NCBI GenBank assembly: GCA_013239625.1
Contig: MU055549.1
Span: 1,054,001 to 1,118,000 of the forward strand
Source of the DNA: Lama guanicoe
Taxonomy: Eukaryota
Length of the DNA stretch: 64,000 nucleotides
Direction: 5' to 3'
Shown: positions 1 to 10,912 of the stretch, in pieces
Numbering within the stretch: position 1 is the first letter of the stretch
Layout: every line of letters begins with the position of its first letter
The notes under the pieces: generated by a model
Seen by the model: only the letters and a program-made list of their open reading frames with translations
What the model was told of the DNA's origin: nothing
Databases searched by the model: none
Translations under genes and position numbers: made by a program

Positions 1-50
1 GGGCAGGCCATGCCCGGGACACCAGCCGCGGCACACACCCCGACCTGGCC

Positions 51-312
51 ATGAGGAGCGGCGCCGAGCGCAGGGGCAGTAGCGCCGCGGCGCCCCCCGC
101 CCCGCCGCCCCCCGGCCGCGCGCGCCCTGCCGGCCCCGACGCGCCCCTGGCCCCGCCGCCGCCCGCCGCCGGCCAGCCCCGGGCCCGGGACTCAGGCGNN
201 NNNNNNNNNNNNNNNNNNNNNNNNNNNNNNNNNNNNNNNNNNNNNNNNNNNNNNNNNNNNNNNNNNNNNNNNNNNNNNNNNNNNNNNNNNNNNNNNNNNN
301 NNNNNNNNNNNN
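51..312 (+). CDS. STK32C: STK32C coding exon 1 (Pro/Ala-rich N-terminus). Only 51-198 is sequenced; the end at ~312 is inferred inside the N-gap
   Basis: ATG in context GGCCATGA. 51-198 reads MRSGAERRGSSAAAPPAPPPPGRARPAGPDAPLAPPPPAAGQPRARDSG, matching the recalled human STK32C N-terminus (49 aa, same length). A 262-nt coding exon 1 (human, phase 1) would end at ~312, within Ns 199-330. Confidence 0.88.
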
Positions 313-330
313 NNNNNNNNNNNNNNNNNN
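199..330. other. Assembly gap (132 N) hiding the end of exon 1 and its donor
   Basis: Run of N. Confidence 0.99.
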
Positions 331-3169
331 GAGGTCAACGTGGGGACCCGCGCGCGGCCTGGGAACCCCGCGCGCTCTCACTGGGGGACCGCCGCCGCAG
401 GGTTTCCGGTGGTCTGGACACCACGGCCCCCCCCCAGTGGGACGGCGTCCCCGGGTGTCTCGGTTTCCCAGGAAACTCGCGGACGGTGCCTGCTGTGCCC
501 ACGCGCTCGCGGGGCGCCAGCCTGCATCCTCCGTGTCCAGTGGGGCGCTGGGGGCGGAGCAGGCAGGCTGGCCCTGAAGGGTGAGGATTTGCGGTCGGGG
601 TGGCTCAGGCTTGTCGATGTGTTTCCAATTTGCTTTTATGCGCGGTGTGAGGGTCGGCTGTTACTCTGACCTGTGATGTGCCTCGATTTCGGAGGGAGAT
701 GCCTGCCCCACAGGTGGCGCGGGGCCCGGCCCTTGGAGCTCTCAGTGCGCGTTGAGGGTGACGGTGCTGCACGGCTGCCTGCATGCCCAGCCTTTGCACC
801 CAGATGTGCGGTGGACGCTTCCCTTTGTGCAAAGACCTGCCCTTTGGGGAACTCGTTTGCCCTCAGGTCCTCCTGCAGGGAAAGCCGGTGACCCGGAGTT
901 GGGCGCCGGTGGAAAGCAGGCGGCAGGTTGCAGGCCTGCAGGCACACCTCCGGAGCCCTGCGGCCCCGGGACTTATGGCTTAGCACCCTCTGGGCCGGTG
1001 GCCACCCAGTGTCCGCCGCTGGGCACTGGGATACGTCTCGGGCAGACAGCTCTTCTCTACAGATGTCATGCAGAGAATTTAAATGCTATGAGATGACACC
1101 TTTGATGTTTTTTGACATTTTCGTAAAATAGTTGAAATATCCATTTTTTTTTCATTTGTAGGCAGTCTGCGGAGGTCTGATGGCTCTTTTTATAATTTTA
1201 GAGCACAGCTCAGCAAAAGAGCCCAAGCTATTTATTTCTGATAAATAATTTAAGCATTATGGGAAATTACAATAATGCGATTTCAGGCCAGTGTCAGAGA
1301 ATGTGCAGGCCGTGCAGGCAGTCATCTTGGAGGGCACTTGGAACCTGGGCTCCGTGCTGCCCAGGGAGCCTGGGCTCCGATGAGGGAGTGGGTCCCTGGA
1401 CTCGGCGGAGGGGCGTTCAGGACCAGACACACCCGCACACTGCTCCGGGGCGGCCTGTCGTTGTGTTCTGAGCTTTGGGACACGGGCACTGCTGTGAGTG
1501 TCCCTCTTTTCCACGTGGACGTGCGAAGTCAAGAAAGCCCAGAGTGAATTAGGAGCCCGTCAGGAAGCAGGTTTGCATCCTGCCTTTGGCTGCGGGATGA
1601 GGAAACCTGAGAGACACATCTGGTTTCAGTGCTGGCCGCTGTTGGCCGAGAGCTGGCCTGTCTTTCCTGTCTTAGCATCGTGCTCGCCGAGGCAGGTAAC
1701 GTAGACGGGGACACTGATGCAGCACATGGCTGCCTTCAGCTTTTTCAGGCAGAATTTTCCTACGTGTTCACAGTGTTGTGCCTCAGAATTCAAGGACCAT
1801 TAAAGAGGAACAAAGAGCACGGAACCTGTTTGCTGCGCCCAGTCCAGCTTGGGAACTACCGAATACCTGCCCCTCCCTACTTGCCTGTAGCAGGCCGGCA
1901 GAGGTCCCAGCTGTCCTGGGCTCGGGAGCAGTGGGGAACTGGCTTCGGCTACAGGTGCATGCTCTTTAGGGCAGGTGACCATCAGTCACTTGGTCATCCC
2001 TGGGCGTGGTGGCCACGGCTCCACACCCAGCACAGGATGGAACTTACTGGCTTTGTTTGACGAGAGTGGGAGGCGGAGCCAGGCCCTGGGCCCGATGGCC
2101 CTGAGTGCTATCAGGTGGGCGACCACTTGGTTCCACTTTGATTCCGTGTTCCCAGGTCATCGTCAGGGCACACATGGCTCAGGAGTCACAGTGCGTGCCT
2201 GCAGAGGGAACGGTGTGCGGCTCTCAGCCTGAAAGCCGTGGGTTTATTTAGACGGAAAGAGTGAGGTTTGGGAGGGAGGAAGGCCCATCTTTCGGGAGGG
2301 GAAAGACTGCACCTCACCTTTCTTTCAGGGTGTGAAGTCGCCCCCAACCCGAGGCAGGGTCCCAGGACTTCCTCAGCCCCATGCCGCGTGGGCTGAAAGA
2401 GGCGAGTGCTCTGCTGAGGACTCACATTTGCTGGGACTACATGGTTGCCATGGCGATGTGAGACCTTCTGATGAATTTTTTAGATTAAAACACCCAATTT
2501 ATCTATCAGATTTGGTATGCAGAGAAAAGGAAGAAGGAGAACAAGAGTGCAGTTTAACCGAGTGCCAGGTAGCTGCCAGTTACGAAGCAGAGTCGTGACA
2601 TGTGGGATCTCGAAGGACCCTGTCCCTGTTAACCCTGTGGTGTCTGAGCTGCTGTCCTTATTTGGCGGGTGTTGGGGGCAAGTTTGAAAGTCCCTGTGCC
2701 CCTCCTCACACCAGAGCCACGGGCTCCCTTCCCTCTTCCCTGGACCTTACACCTCCTCCCACCCCACCGCTCTCGGACTCTGGGAGCAGGCGGTGGGAGG
2801 ACTGGCTTTCTGGGGGCTCGCTCGCCCTCCGCTGCCCCACCCCAGCCCTGTGGGGGTTGGGCAGGCCCCCACTCCTCTCCTCTCGGGGTCCCTGTGAGAA
2901 ACGAGGAGGTTGAGTGGTGCTGAGCGGGGGTCCAGCTCCTTCCACAGCGCAGCTTGGTGACCGCTAACGGGAGTGGGGGCGCACCTGCCCTCCTCGGCGG
3001 TCTGGTAGGTCTCAGACCTAACGTGACATTAGTTTACTAGCGGGCAGCGCCTGATTGCCGGGAAGGTTCCCCTTCTGGAAGTCAGCGCGCCCTCGCCAGC
3101 TGCGGAGCACCTGGGCTGGCCGTGTGCTGGGTGGGGTGGGCTGTAAGGTGGGGCACGAGGCTACCAGAT

Positions 3170-3500
3170 TCTTTTAACCTTGTTCAAAATTTATAAAACC
3201 TTTGTTTTTTCTAATTATAGAAGTATCCTAGTATATAAATTTGTAATCAGTTTATACTTCCCTGAAATCGTCCTACACAGGAAAACCAAGGCCCCTCTAA
3301 CTTGAGCCCCGAGAGGCCTCTTCGGTCTCCGTCTTCCCCAGCCTTGTCCTGGGAGCGCTGTCACACGTCAGCCAGATGGAGACGCACTTTGCGTCTTTGA
3401 TACGGAAGTGGGATCGAGCTCTTCATATGCTTTTGTGTTAACCTGCTTATTTACTTAGCAGTGCGTAGTGACCGTGTCATGATCTAAGGCATCGTGTGTT
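3170..3500 (-). mobile_element. Ancient L1 (L1ME/L1MC-like) 3' fragment
   Basis: AT-rich tttttctaattatagaagtat...aacctgcttatttacttagcagt resembles an antisense L1M 3'UTR. Confidence 0.5.
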
Positions 3501-4249
3501 AGCTAAGTTTGCAAGAGCGGTCCTCAGCCCTGGCTGTGAACAAGACTCTGTGGATGCCCTTAAGAACTGTAAATGCCTGGGTGCTCCCAGAAATTCAGGT
3601 TGAATTTAGTGGGGTGGGGCTGGGGGGCGCTGGAGCTCAGGCACCAGGGCGTCCACAGTTCAGCAGTGAACACCCTTGACGTTGGTGCCTTGGGATCAAT
3701 TCCTGGGAGCGGCGTGGCCGAGTCACGAGAGGGTGCGTGTAGAGTAGCGTGCCGTGTCTGGCCGCTCCCTTGGAGATGACCGGTCCCTGCACGAGCCGGC
3801 ACTGTCCTGGGTGCTTGTTACATGGCGGTGACCCAGCAGGTGTGGCTGCTGCCTGCCGTGTGGGTGCCCAGGCAGAGAGGGAGGCGAGGAGACGGGCAGC
3901 CGACCCTGAAACAGGAATACATGTGAGCAGCAGGAGGGGCCGGAGGAAGAGGGAGGCCGCCGTAGCCGGCTCTCGGAGCGCACGAAGACTCCTTCCTCCA
4001 TCCTCGCGCCTCTGGGTGCTGGTGACGCCTGGTTTTGACGGTCGGGAAGGGAAGGATGGCATTAGCGCTTCGAGGTTCTTTGCTGTCCCAAGAGGCTGGC
4101 GATCTCTTTCTCTCCACATCTGGGTGTTTGCGTTCTTCCCTCCCGAAGTGCCCGCTCCCCCCGCCAAGTGGAGCTGAGCCTCCCGTGGGGATGTTTGCTG
4201 CCCCGTTTCTTTTCACGGCTCCCGGTGTATGAAGGCATGCCCCGGAGCG

Positions 4250-4560
4250 TCATTTATCTTTCCATTGGCTAGCGTTTTCCTGTGTGGATGTGCTTAATCT
4301 TGTGTGGTCAGATTCATCGCCGTCTTCCGTTCTGGCGGTTTCCTGCCTTGGTGTCGTGTTACACCGAGCACGGGCTGTACTCATCCAGTTTACACACCTC
4401 CGTGCGTGCCTTCTTCTAGTGCTTCTGTGCTTTTACTTTTTATGTTGCAGATTTCGTTCAGTTTGGACTCACGCTGGACGCAGAGTGAGACGGGCTTCCT
4501 CGTGGGAGCCCTGCGCTTGCTGAGGCCAAGCATGTGTGCTGCCTGTTTTGGTCAAATTGT
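4250..4560 (-). mobile_element. Ancient L1 ORF2 fragment
   Basis: cttaatcttgtgtggtcagattcatc...ttcttctagtgcttctgtgcttttactttttatgttgcagatttcgttcagtttgga resembles antisense L1ME ORF2. Confidence 0.55.
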
Positions 4561-4639
4561 GAACGAGATCTCTCTGTACCCATCCAGTTCCACACTGGTT
4601 AGGGCTGGTGTGAAGGAAAACAACTTTAAAAAACATCTA

Positions 4640-4717
4640 TCTTCTTTTTTTTTTAATATTCCACATATGAGTGATATCATATGGTATTTTTCTTTCTTTT
4701 TCTGGCTTACTTCACTT
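4640..4717 (-). mobile_element. Young L1 3'UTR fragment (antisense)
   Basis: Reverse complement aagtgaagtaagccagaaaaagaaagaaaaataccatatgatatcactcatatgtggaa is the canonical L1 ORF2-end/3'UTR. Confidence 0.85.
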
Positions 4718-4866
4718 NNNNNNNNNNNNNNNNNNNNNNNNNNNNNNNNNNNNNNNNNNNNNNNNNNNNNNNNNNNNNNNNNNNNNNNNNNNNNNNNNNN
4801 NNNNNNNNNNNNNNNNNNNNNNNNNNNNNNNNNNNNNNNNNNNNNNNNNNNNNNNNNNNNNNNNNN
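4718..4866. other. Assembly gap (149 N) inside L1 3' sequence
   Basis: Run of N flanked by L1 3'UTR-like sequence. Confidence 0.99.
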
Positions 4867-4950
4867 GGGACACTGTGCTGTACGCATTGTAACTGACACA
4901 TTGTAGCTGACTATACTTCAATAAAAAAATATAAGAAGAAGAAGGAAAAA
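4867..4950 (+). mobile_element. L1 3' terminus with polyA signal and A-rich tail
   Basis: ctgtgctgtacgcattgtaactgacacattgtagctgactatacttcAATAAAaaaat. Confidence 0.8.
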
Positions 4951-5874
4951 ACCACAAGTACCTGTCTGGCCACTCTGCTGAGGCTCTTGTTAGTCCTCAT
5001 GGTTTGGGGTTGATTTTCCCAGACTTTCTGGATGGTCTGGTGTGTCACCTGCGGAGAATGACCCGCTGGCGACTTCATGTGCTGGTGCTCGTGTGCTCGC
5101 GGGCAGAGGAGAGCGCACGGGAAGTCCGGGGGCTGACCTGTTAGTGCTGACAGGGCCGTGGTTCCAAAGAGTCGGTCTACCCCATTGATGAGTCTTTGTC
5201 CAGCATGGACTTGACTTTTCAGGGGCCTTTCCCTTTCCTCCTGGGGAGAAGGGCCACCAGGGCTAGGGCAGTGGCTCTCTGTGGTCCAGACCCGGGCTGA
5301 TGGCCGTTTATACCCCTCCCCCACACTGCAGGGCCCTTAGTGGCCAGCAGCCTGGTGGCTGCAGACCCTGGGGTCCTTTACCAGTGGTAAATGGGTGCAG
5401 AGGCCCTGGTGAGGGGTGGGCATTTGGGTCCAAGCTGAGGAGGAGGCACGTGGTCCTAGGGGCCTTGCTCCTCCGCTCCCGGGCCCCCTGGGTTCCCAGC
5501 TGCAGCCCGGCTGTCCCACTGCGGGGGGAGGGGCGTTGGGCAGCACAGGGCTTGGTGCGAGTCTCTTCCCGAGGCTGGTGAGGCTGGTCTGGAGTGGACT
5601 TGGGACCCACTGTCGTTCTTTTTTATGTAACAAATGTCAGCTCTGCAAGTCTAGCCATCTGGTTGTGTGTTTTAAATTGCTAAAAATAAGTTGATTTTAT
5701 TTTAAAAATTTAACCACCCGTCTTTCCAGTTGAGAAGTCACAGGAGAATGCATTGGAGGTAACTTTTGTTCAGGGCTTCTCTCTGAGGATGGAGCTCCCT
5801 GAGGCCCCAAGACAGTCTGAGGGTGGCAAAGCCACAGACGAGCATTTATTCGGAACAGCGTCAGGGCAGCTCAG

Positions 5875-6035
5875 AGAAGCTTCCCAAACTGTCAGGCCCC
5901 CCCCAGCCCCCTAGGGACCTTGTGGAAATGCAGATTCTGATTCAGTGGGTCTCGGGCAGGGGTTGGGGCGGTTGTGAGGGTCTGTAGTTACCTCTGGCCC
6001 CCAGACCTGCTGGATGCAGGGAGGACCACTGTGGG
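5875..6035. mobile_element. MER5A-like hAT-Charlie DNA transposon relic
   Basis: cttgtggaaatgcagattctgattcagtgggtctcgggcagggg...ggaccactg resembles the MER5A core. Confidence 0.6.
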
Positions 6036-7619
6036 TGGCGAGGGCTTCGTGAGGACCCAGCAGGTGGAATCGCTGAGTGAGGCAGAAGCTCACGGAGCTT
6101 GGACCCTGTGCCCTGGCCCCGATGGATGCGGAGCAGAAGGGCTGCACCTGCCCCATGCTCCGCTGGGCGATGGGGGTGGGCGGGAGGTTCCACACTTACT
6201 TTGTGTGTCATGAGGAGACAGGCCAGCCCCTCCTGCAGAGGCTTCTCTCTCACTGTGTTTTTCTTTCCGTGTCCTTTTTCTCGGCCGTGTGACAGGTGAC
6301 ACGGGCACCAGAAGTACAGGTAGCGTCTTGTGTCCTGCGTTTTCACCTGGCACTGCAGCCTGGACTTCTTCCTCCGCCGTGTCTGACTCCCTGGCATGGC
6401 GGGGGCAGGTTGCTGAGGGCTGCGCAGATGCCCCCTCTGGGTCGCTGTGTCCTCCTGTCCCAGAGCCCCCACCCTGAACGTGCAGCCCCGCCCGGGGGGA
6501 CAGGCCACGGGTGCTCGAGGCCTCCCCGGACCCAGGGGTTCTGTGTGCAGGGCCTGGTGTTGCTGTTCCCTCCCAGTCAGATTTTCCTTCCTCGTTAGAA
6601 AAACACGTTGAACTGTGTGCTTCTCGGCACCTGCCTCCCTCTGCTGTCTCTGCGTGACGGGAGACAGAAGCGAGGCTTTGGTAACCATTCTTACTGGCTG
6701 ACGATTTTCCGACAAATTCTGGACTTTGCTTTTCCAGCCGTTCCCGCCAGCTGTGTGCGCCTTCTCCAGCCCCGGGCCCTGTCTGCGGGGTGGTCAGCCC
6801 TCTTCCTCCTTGGGGGCCTCCTTCCCGCCCAGAGACACGCTGGGCTCTTCTCTTCCCCAGACCCTGGCTGGGTCCAGCATCCTGAATGATTTTAATGATC
6901 AGAACATGAGACAATTTGGGAGAAGCTGTAATTAATACAGTAATTGTCATTAAAAAACCCGGGATGCTGGCTTCATCAAACAGTGTTCTGCTCATCAACC
7001 TGAAATCTCTTATTTAAAAATCAAGGTGAGATCAGTGTGGCACCGTCCAGCCCCGAGAGCCCCGAGACGGTCACTGCTGCCCGCCCTGTGTTTCCCCAGA
7101 TGGGACTCGGGCCCATGGTGGTCTCTAGCACGTGGCCAGAGCCGGCCCGACCCCAGCTGGTGCCATGCAAACCCGGCTTGGAGTTATTTCAGTTCTGAAG
7201 CCAAGGAGATGGTGTGGTAGGAGTCAGTGTCGCCCCCAATTCATTAAAAATAGGAGCTGAGCACATTCAGTTTCTCACAGTGATTAAGCGTTGACTTAGA
7301 AAGGTCTCTGCTCTCACGTCCTGGGCGCTGGCAGGCTTGTTACAAAATCGGGAGATAAAGCAGCTCCGTGTTTGTGATGACTGAGTTCCGCAGGCCTGGC
7401 GTGGACGTTTGGGCCTCTCCAAAGATGCCATTTGCTTTTCCTGGTCCACTACACTGCGCAGCAAGGCAGGGTCTGCCCAGGTCTGGTGCTCGCTTCTCTG
7501 TCCTGGCCGCCTGTGTCCTCTGTCAGTCGCCGCGTCTGCCCGGGAGCCGCATTCCCTGGGGCACCTGGGTCTGGAGGCAGGGAGCAGGGTCCTGATTCCG
7601 TGTCGCTCAAACTGGGCAC

Positions 7620-7920
7620 CGTTTGTTCGTATTTATTGCTGGAAATAGACTGCCTCAAACTTGATGTCTCCACGACAAGCATTTTTATTATTTCTCCTGA
7701 TTCTATGGGCTGGGAATTTGGACAGGTCCCAGTGGAGATGGGTCCCCTGCTCCAGGTGGAACATGTGTGATGGCATCCTGGTTCACGGTGCCTTGTGACG
7801 GTTTGGAGGGCTGGCGGCTGGTGGAGGCTCACCAGGAGTCCTGTCCTTGGGGGTCTCCATTCCTGCTGTCGGCTGCTGTCTTAGTTCTAACACCTGCTTA
7901 AGACCTCAAAACACAGCAGC
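7620..7920. mobile_element. MLT1-like (ERVL-MaLR) LTR relic
   Basis: aaacttgatgtctc...atttttattatttctcctgattctatgggctgggaatttggacagg resembles MLT1; similar sequence resumes at ~8452-8580. Confidence 0.45.
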
Positions 7921-7927
7921 TTGCAAG

Positions 7928-8081
7928 NNNNNNNNNNNNNNNNNNNNNNNNNNNNNNNNNNNNNNNNNNNNNNNNNNNNNNNNNNNNNNNNNNNNNNNNN
8001 NNNNNNNNNNNNNNNNNNNNNNNNNNNNNNNNNNNNNNNNNNNNNNNNNNNNNNNNNNNNNNNNNNNNNNNNNNNNNNNNN
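7928..8081. other. Assembly gap (154 N) at the 5' side of an L1 fragment
   Basis: Run of N. Confidence 0.99.
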
Positions 8082-8455
8082 TAGGTCAGACAGAGAAAGG
8101 AAAATACCATATAATATCACTTATATGTGTAACCTAAAAAGATGACACAAATGAACTTATTTACAGAAACAGAAAGAGACTCACAGACATAGAAAACAAA
8201 CTTATGGTTACCAAAGAGGAAAGGGGGGAGGGGATAAATAGGGAGTATGGACTTATTAGATGCCAACTAATGCATATGAAATAGGTGTACAACAAGGTCC
8301 TACTGCACAGGGAACTGTGTTCAGTACCTTGCAATAACCTATAATGAAAAAGAATATGATAAGAATACATACACGTGTGTAACTGAATCATTGTGTGTAC
8401 ACCAGAAACTAGCACAACATTGTGAACCCACTCTAATTCAATTAAAAAACAAAAA
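8082..8455 (+). mobile_element. Artiodactyl-type L1 3'UTR with A tail
   Basis: gacacaaatgaacttatttacagaaacagaaagagactcacagacatagaaaacaaacttatggttaccaaag...caacaaggtcctactg...aactgaatcattgtgtgtacaccagaaact. Confidence 0.9.
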
Positions 8456-9413
8456 CGCAGTGGCCTTAAGCAGTCTGATCATCTCCTGGTTTCAGGGTTG
8501 GTGACTCGGGAGGGGCTCAGCCCCAGGGCCCGAGCTGCACCCTGGAAGCTGCCTGGAGCTGTCCTGGGGTCACATTCCTTTGCATTGTCACCAATTCTTT
8601 TCTTGTTTCTTTTATTCTTTGTGTCAGGATCATCTTGTGTTCCTGAAATTGCATTTTAGCTCCTGGAGCAGAAAGGATAATTGGCAGAGTTGCCTGAGAC
8701 CGAGAAGGGGAAGGAGAAAGATAAGACAGAGGGAAGGAAGGAGGGAAGATTTGAAGAAAAGGGAGGGGGTGAAAATCGTGCTGAAGAAAGGGGGTCGGCC
8801 CGGTGCCCTGGCATGGCCCTCCTGTGCCTGGGCTGGCTGGCTCTGCTCGTGGAGGGCCTGCTGGGTGCTGGGACAGCGGGAGCCAGGGCGGAGAAGAGGG
8901 GGGAGGCGGCTGGGGCCCCCAGGGTGGCTCTGGTGGAGGGTGGGTCCCCAGGCCCTTCCCCAGAGCCCACGGCACTTAGGGTGTGCAGACAAGAAGGGGC
9001 TCAGTTGACACCCCGGACCTGGGCCTGGGGCAGACCCTGTGCCTTCTCCTGGGGAGAGAACCGTCAGAGGAGTAACTGGTGGGGGGAGGGGAGTGCGGGG
9101 TCAACTCCAGCCTCCCTGCTGCCCTGGGGCTCCTTCCCGGGGTCACTGTTGCTCTGGGAATCAGAGCGGGCGGAGCCCGCAGCCCCTGTGTCCGCGATGC
9201 TGCACCTCCTGGCGCCGGACTCCTCGCTCTCCCCTGGTGACTGGCAAGATTAAGTGTCCCCACCAGTCCTAGACGTGTCCCAGTTAGGGTGACAGATTAC
9301 ACGGCTGCCCATCTAGCTCCGGACACTGGGCTGGACAATCTTTTTCCCTTTGTAGCTCTTTATTACAGAATGAGAAGGGACAAGGAAAATATTAATAAAA
9401 TCAGTCTTATGTA

Positions 9414-9746
9414 GACTACAAACTTGTGGTTGCCAAGGGGGCAGGGGGTGGGAAGGGACAGGCTGGGAGTTCAAAATTTGTAGGTACTGACAGGCATATG
9501 CAGGAATAGGTAAAGAAGATTATACCGTATATACAAGATCTTGTGGCAGCTCACAGCGAAAAAGAATGTGACGATGAGTATATGTATGTTCACGTACAAC
9601 TGAAAAAATTGTGCTCTACACTGGAATCTGACACAGCGTTGTAAGTTGACTATAACGCAATGAAAAATGTTTGAAAATTAAATAAACAAAAGGTATTGCA
9701 AACAGAAAAAGAAAGAAAAATTATCAAGATCGGAAAAAAAAAAACC
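9414..9746 (+). mobile_element. Camelid-type 5'-truncated L1 3' end with probable target-site duplication
   Basis: caagatcttgtggcagctcacagcgaaaaagaatgtgacgatgagtatatgtatgttcacgtacaactgaaaaaattgtgctctacactggaat plus A tail; flanks aaaatcagtcttatgta (9397-9413) and aaagtcagagtcttgtgta (9747-9765). Confidence 0.85.
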
Positions 9747-10020
9747 AAAGTCAGAGTCTTGTGTAACCTCAGCGCAAATGTCGCCGCAGTCCTCCGTATC
9801 GCCTTCCGGTCCGTGCTGGAATGCAAAGTACATACTACTTGAAAACCCTTTTTGAAAGTGGACTTTATTTAGAATATTTTCGATGTACAGAGAAGTTGTG
9901 AAGGTGGGCACGTGCCCCGCACCTGGTGTCCCCGAACGTTGATGTCGCCCGTCTGACGACACAGTAGGTGCAGCGGCAGGTACATTTGTCGTAACCAGCG
10001 GCCCAGCGGTGCCACGTTAT

Positions 10021-10500
10021 TGTCCTGGGCGGGCTTCTCCAGACGAACGTAGCAGTAGAATAATTGTGTGTGTGTGTGTGTGCGTGTGCGTGTGCTTACA
10101 CCAACGCTTACATTCATGTATATGAGGAGATTTATTGAGGAGTTGCATCAGGCTGTGACAAAGCCAAGAAGTCCCACAACCTGCCATGTGCAAGCTGGAG
10201 GCCGGGGGGAGCCTGTAGAGTGGTTCCCAGCCCGAGGGCAGGAGAGGATGGGGTGAGGGTCCCGGCTCCGCCGGCGGCGGGAAAGGGGCCCTCCTCCTTC
10301 CTCCGGCAGCCGTTCTGCTCAGACAGCAGAGCACCCGCATCAGGGAGAACCCACATCAGGGAGGGCCGTCTACTCTGCCGAGTCCACTGTTTCCACGGCC
10401 GATCCCGTCTGCAAACACCCCCACAGGGAGGGGCACCCGGATCGCTGCTCAATCTGGGCGCCCGTGGCCAGGCAGCGTGACACGTGAGATCAGGCGTCAC
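10021..10500 (-). mobile_element. MLT2B-like ERVL solo LTR with internal (TG)n, nested in L1MC
   Basis: gggcttctccagacg...gagatttattgaggagttg...aagtcccacaacctgccatgtgcaagctggag...aatctgggcgcccgtggcc...gacacgtgagatcaggcgtcac. Confidence 0.8.
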
Positions 10501-10832
10501 GACTCTCGGTAACTGAGGTCCACGGTTTGTTCCGATCTCCTTTGTTTCTGCTCAGTGTCCTCTCCGTGTTCCAGGCCCCATCCAGGGTCCCAGGGGCACT
10601 GTCGTCTGTCCTTAGGCTCCCTGAACTGTGACGGTTTCTCAGTCTTTCCTTGTTCTGATGACCTTGGCCGTTTGGAGGATGACTGCTCAGGAATTCTGTA
10701 GAATATCCTTCAGCTGGGATTTGTGTGACGTTTTCCTAGTGGGTAGACTTGGGTCACGGGTCTTTGAGGGGAAGACCACAGGAAAGTGTCCTAATCATCA
10801 CGCCATTTTGGGGGCACATCCTCTCGACATGG

Positions 10833-10912
10833 CCCGTCACGCTGGGGCTGACCGTGGCCACGCGGCTCAGGCCAACCCGTCACGCTGGGGCTGACCGTGG
10901 CCACATGGCTCG
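10833..10912 (+). repeat. 43-bp tandem duplication within the L1MC relic
   Basis: cccgtcacgctggggctgaccgtggccac at 10833 and 10876. Confidence 0.9.

Larger units (their letters stand above)
1..610. promoter_or_regulatory. CpG island over STK32C exon 1 / promoter-proximal region
   Basis: Extremely high GC and dense CpG (e.g. gccgcggcgccccccgccccgccgcc) around the start codon and into intron 1. Confidence 0.85.

Noticed and set aside
331-584. Continuation of the 177-aa ORF 51..584 after the gap
   Set aside because: No resemblance to STK32C; it is intron 1 read through Ns.
5942-6998. Long minus-strand ORFs (257 and 302 aa)
   Set aside because: Overlapping frames, Pro/Gly/Arg/Ala-rich, no domain; expected from stop-codon scarcity at high GC.
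8695-8790. Purine-rich tract giving a Lys/Glu-rich ORF start (8681..9253)
   Set aside because: Low-complexity GA sequence with no exon or domain support.
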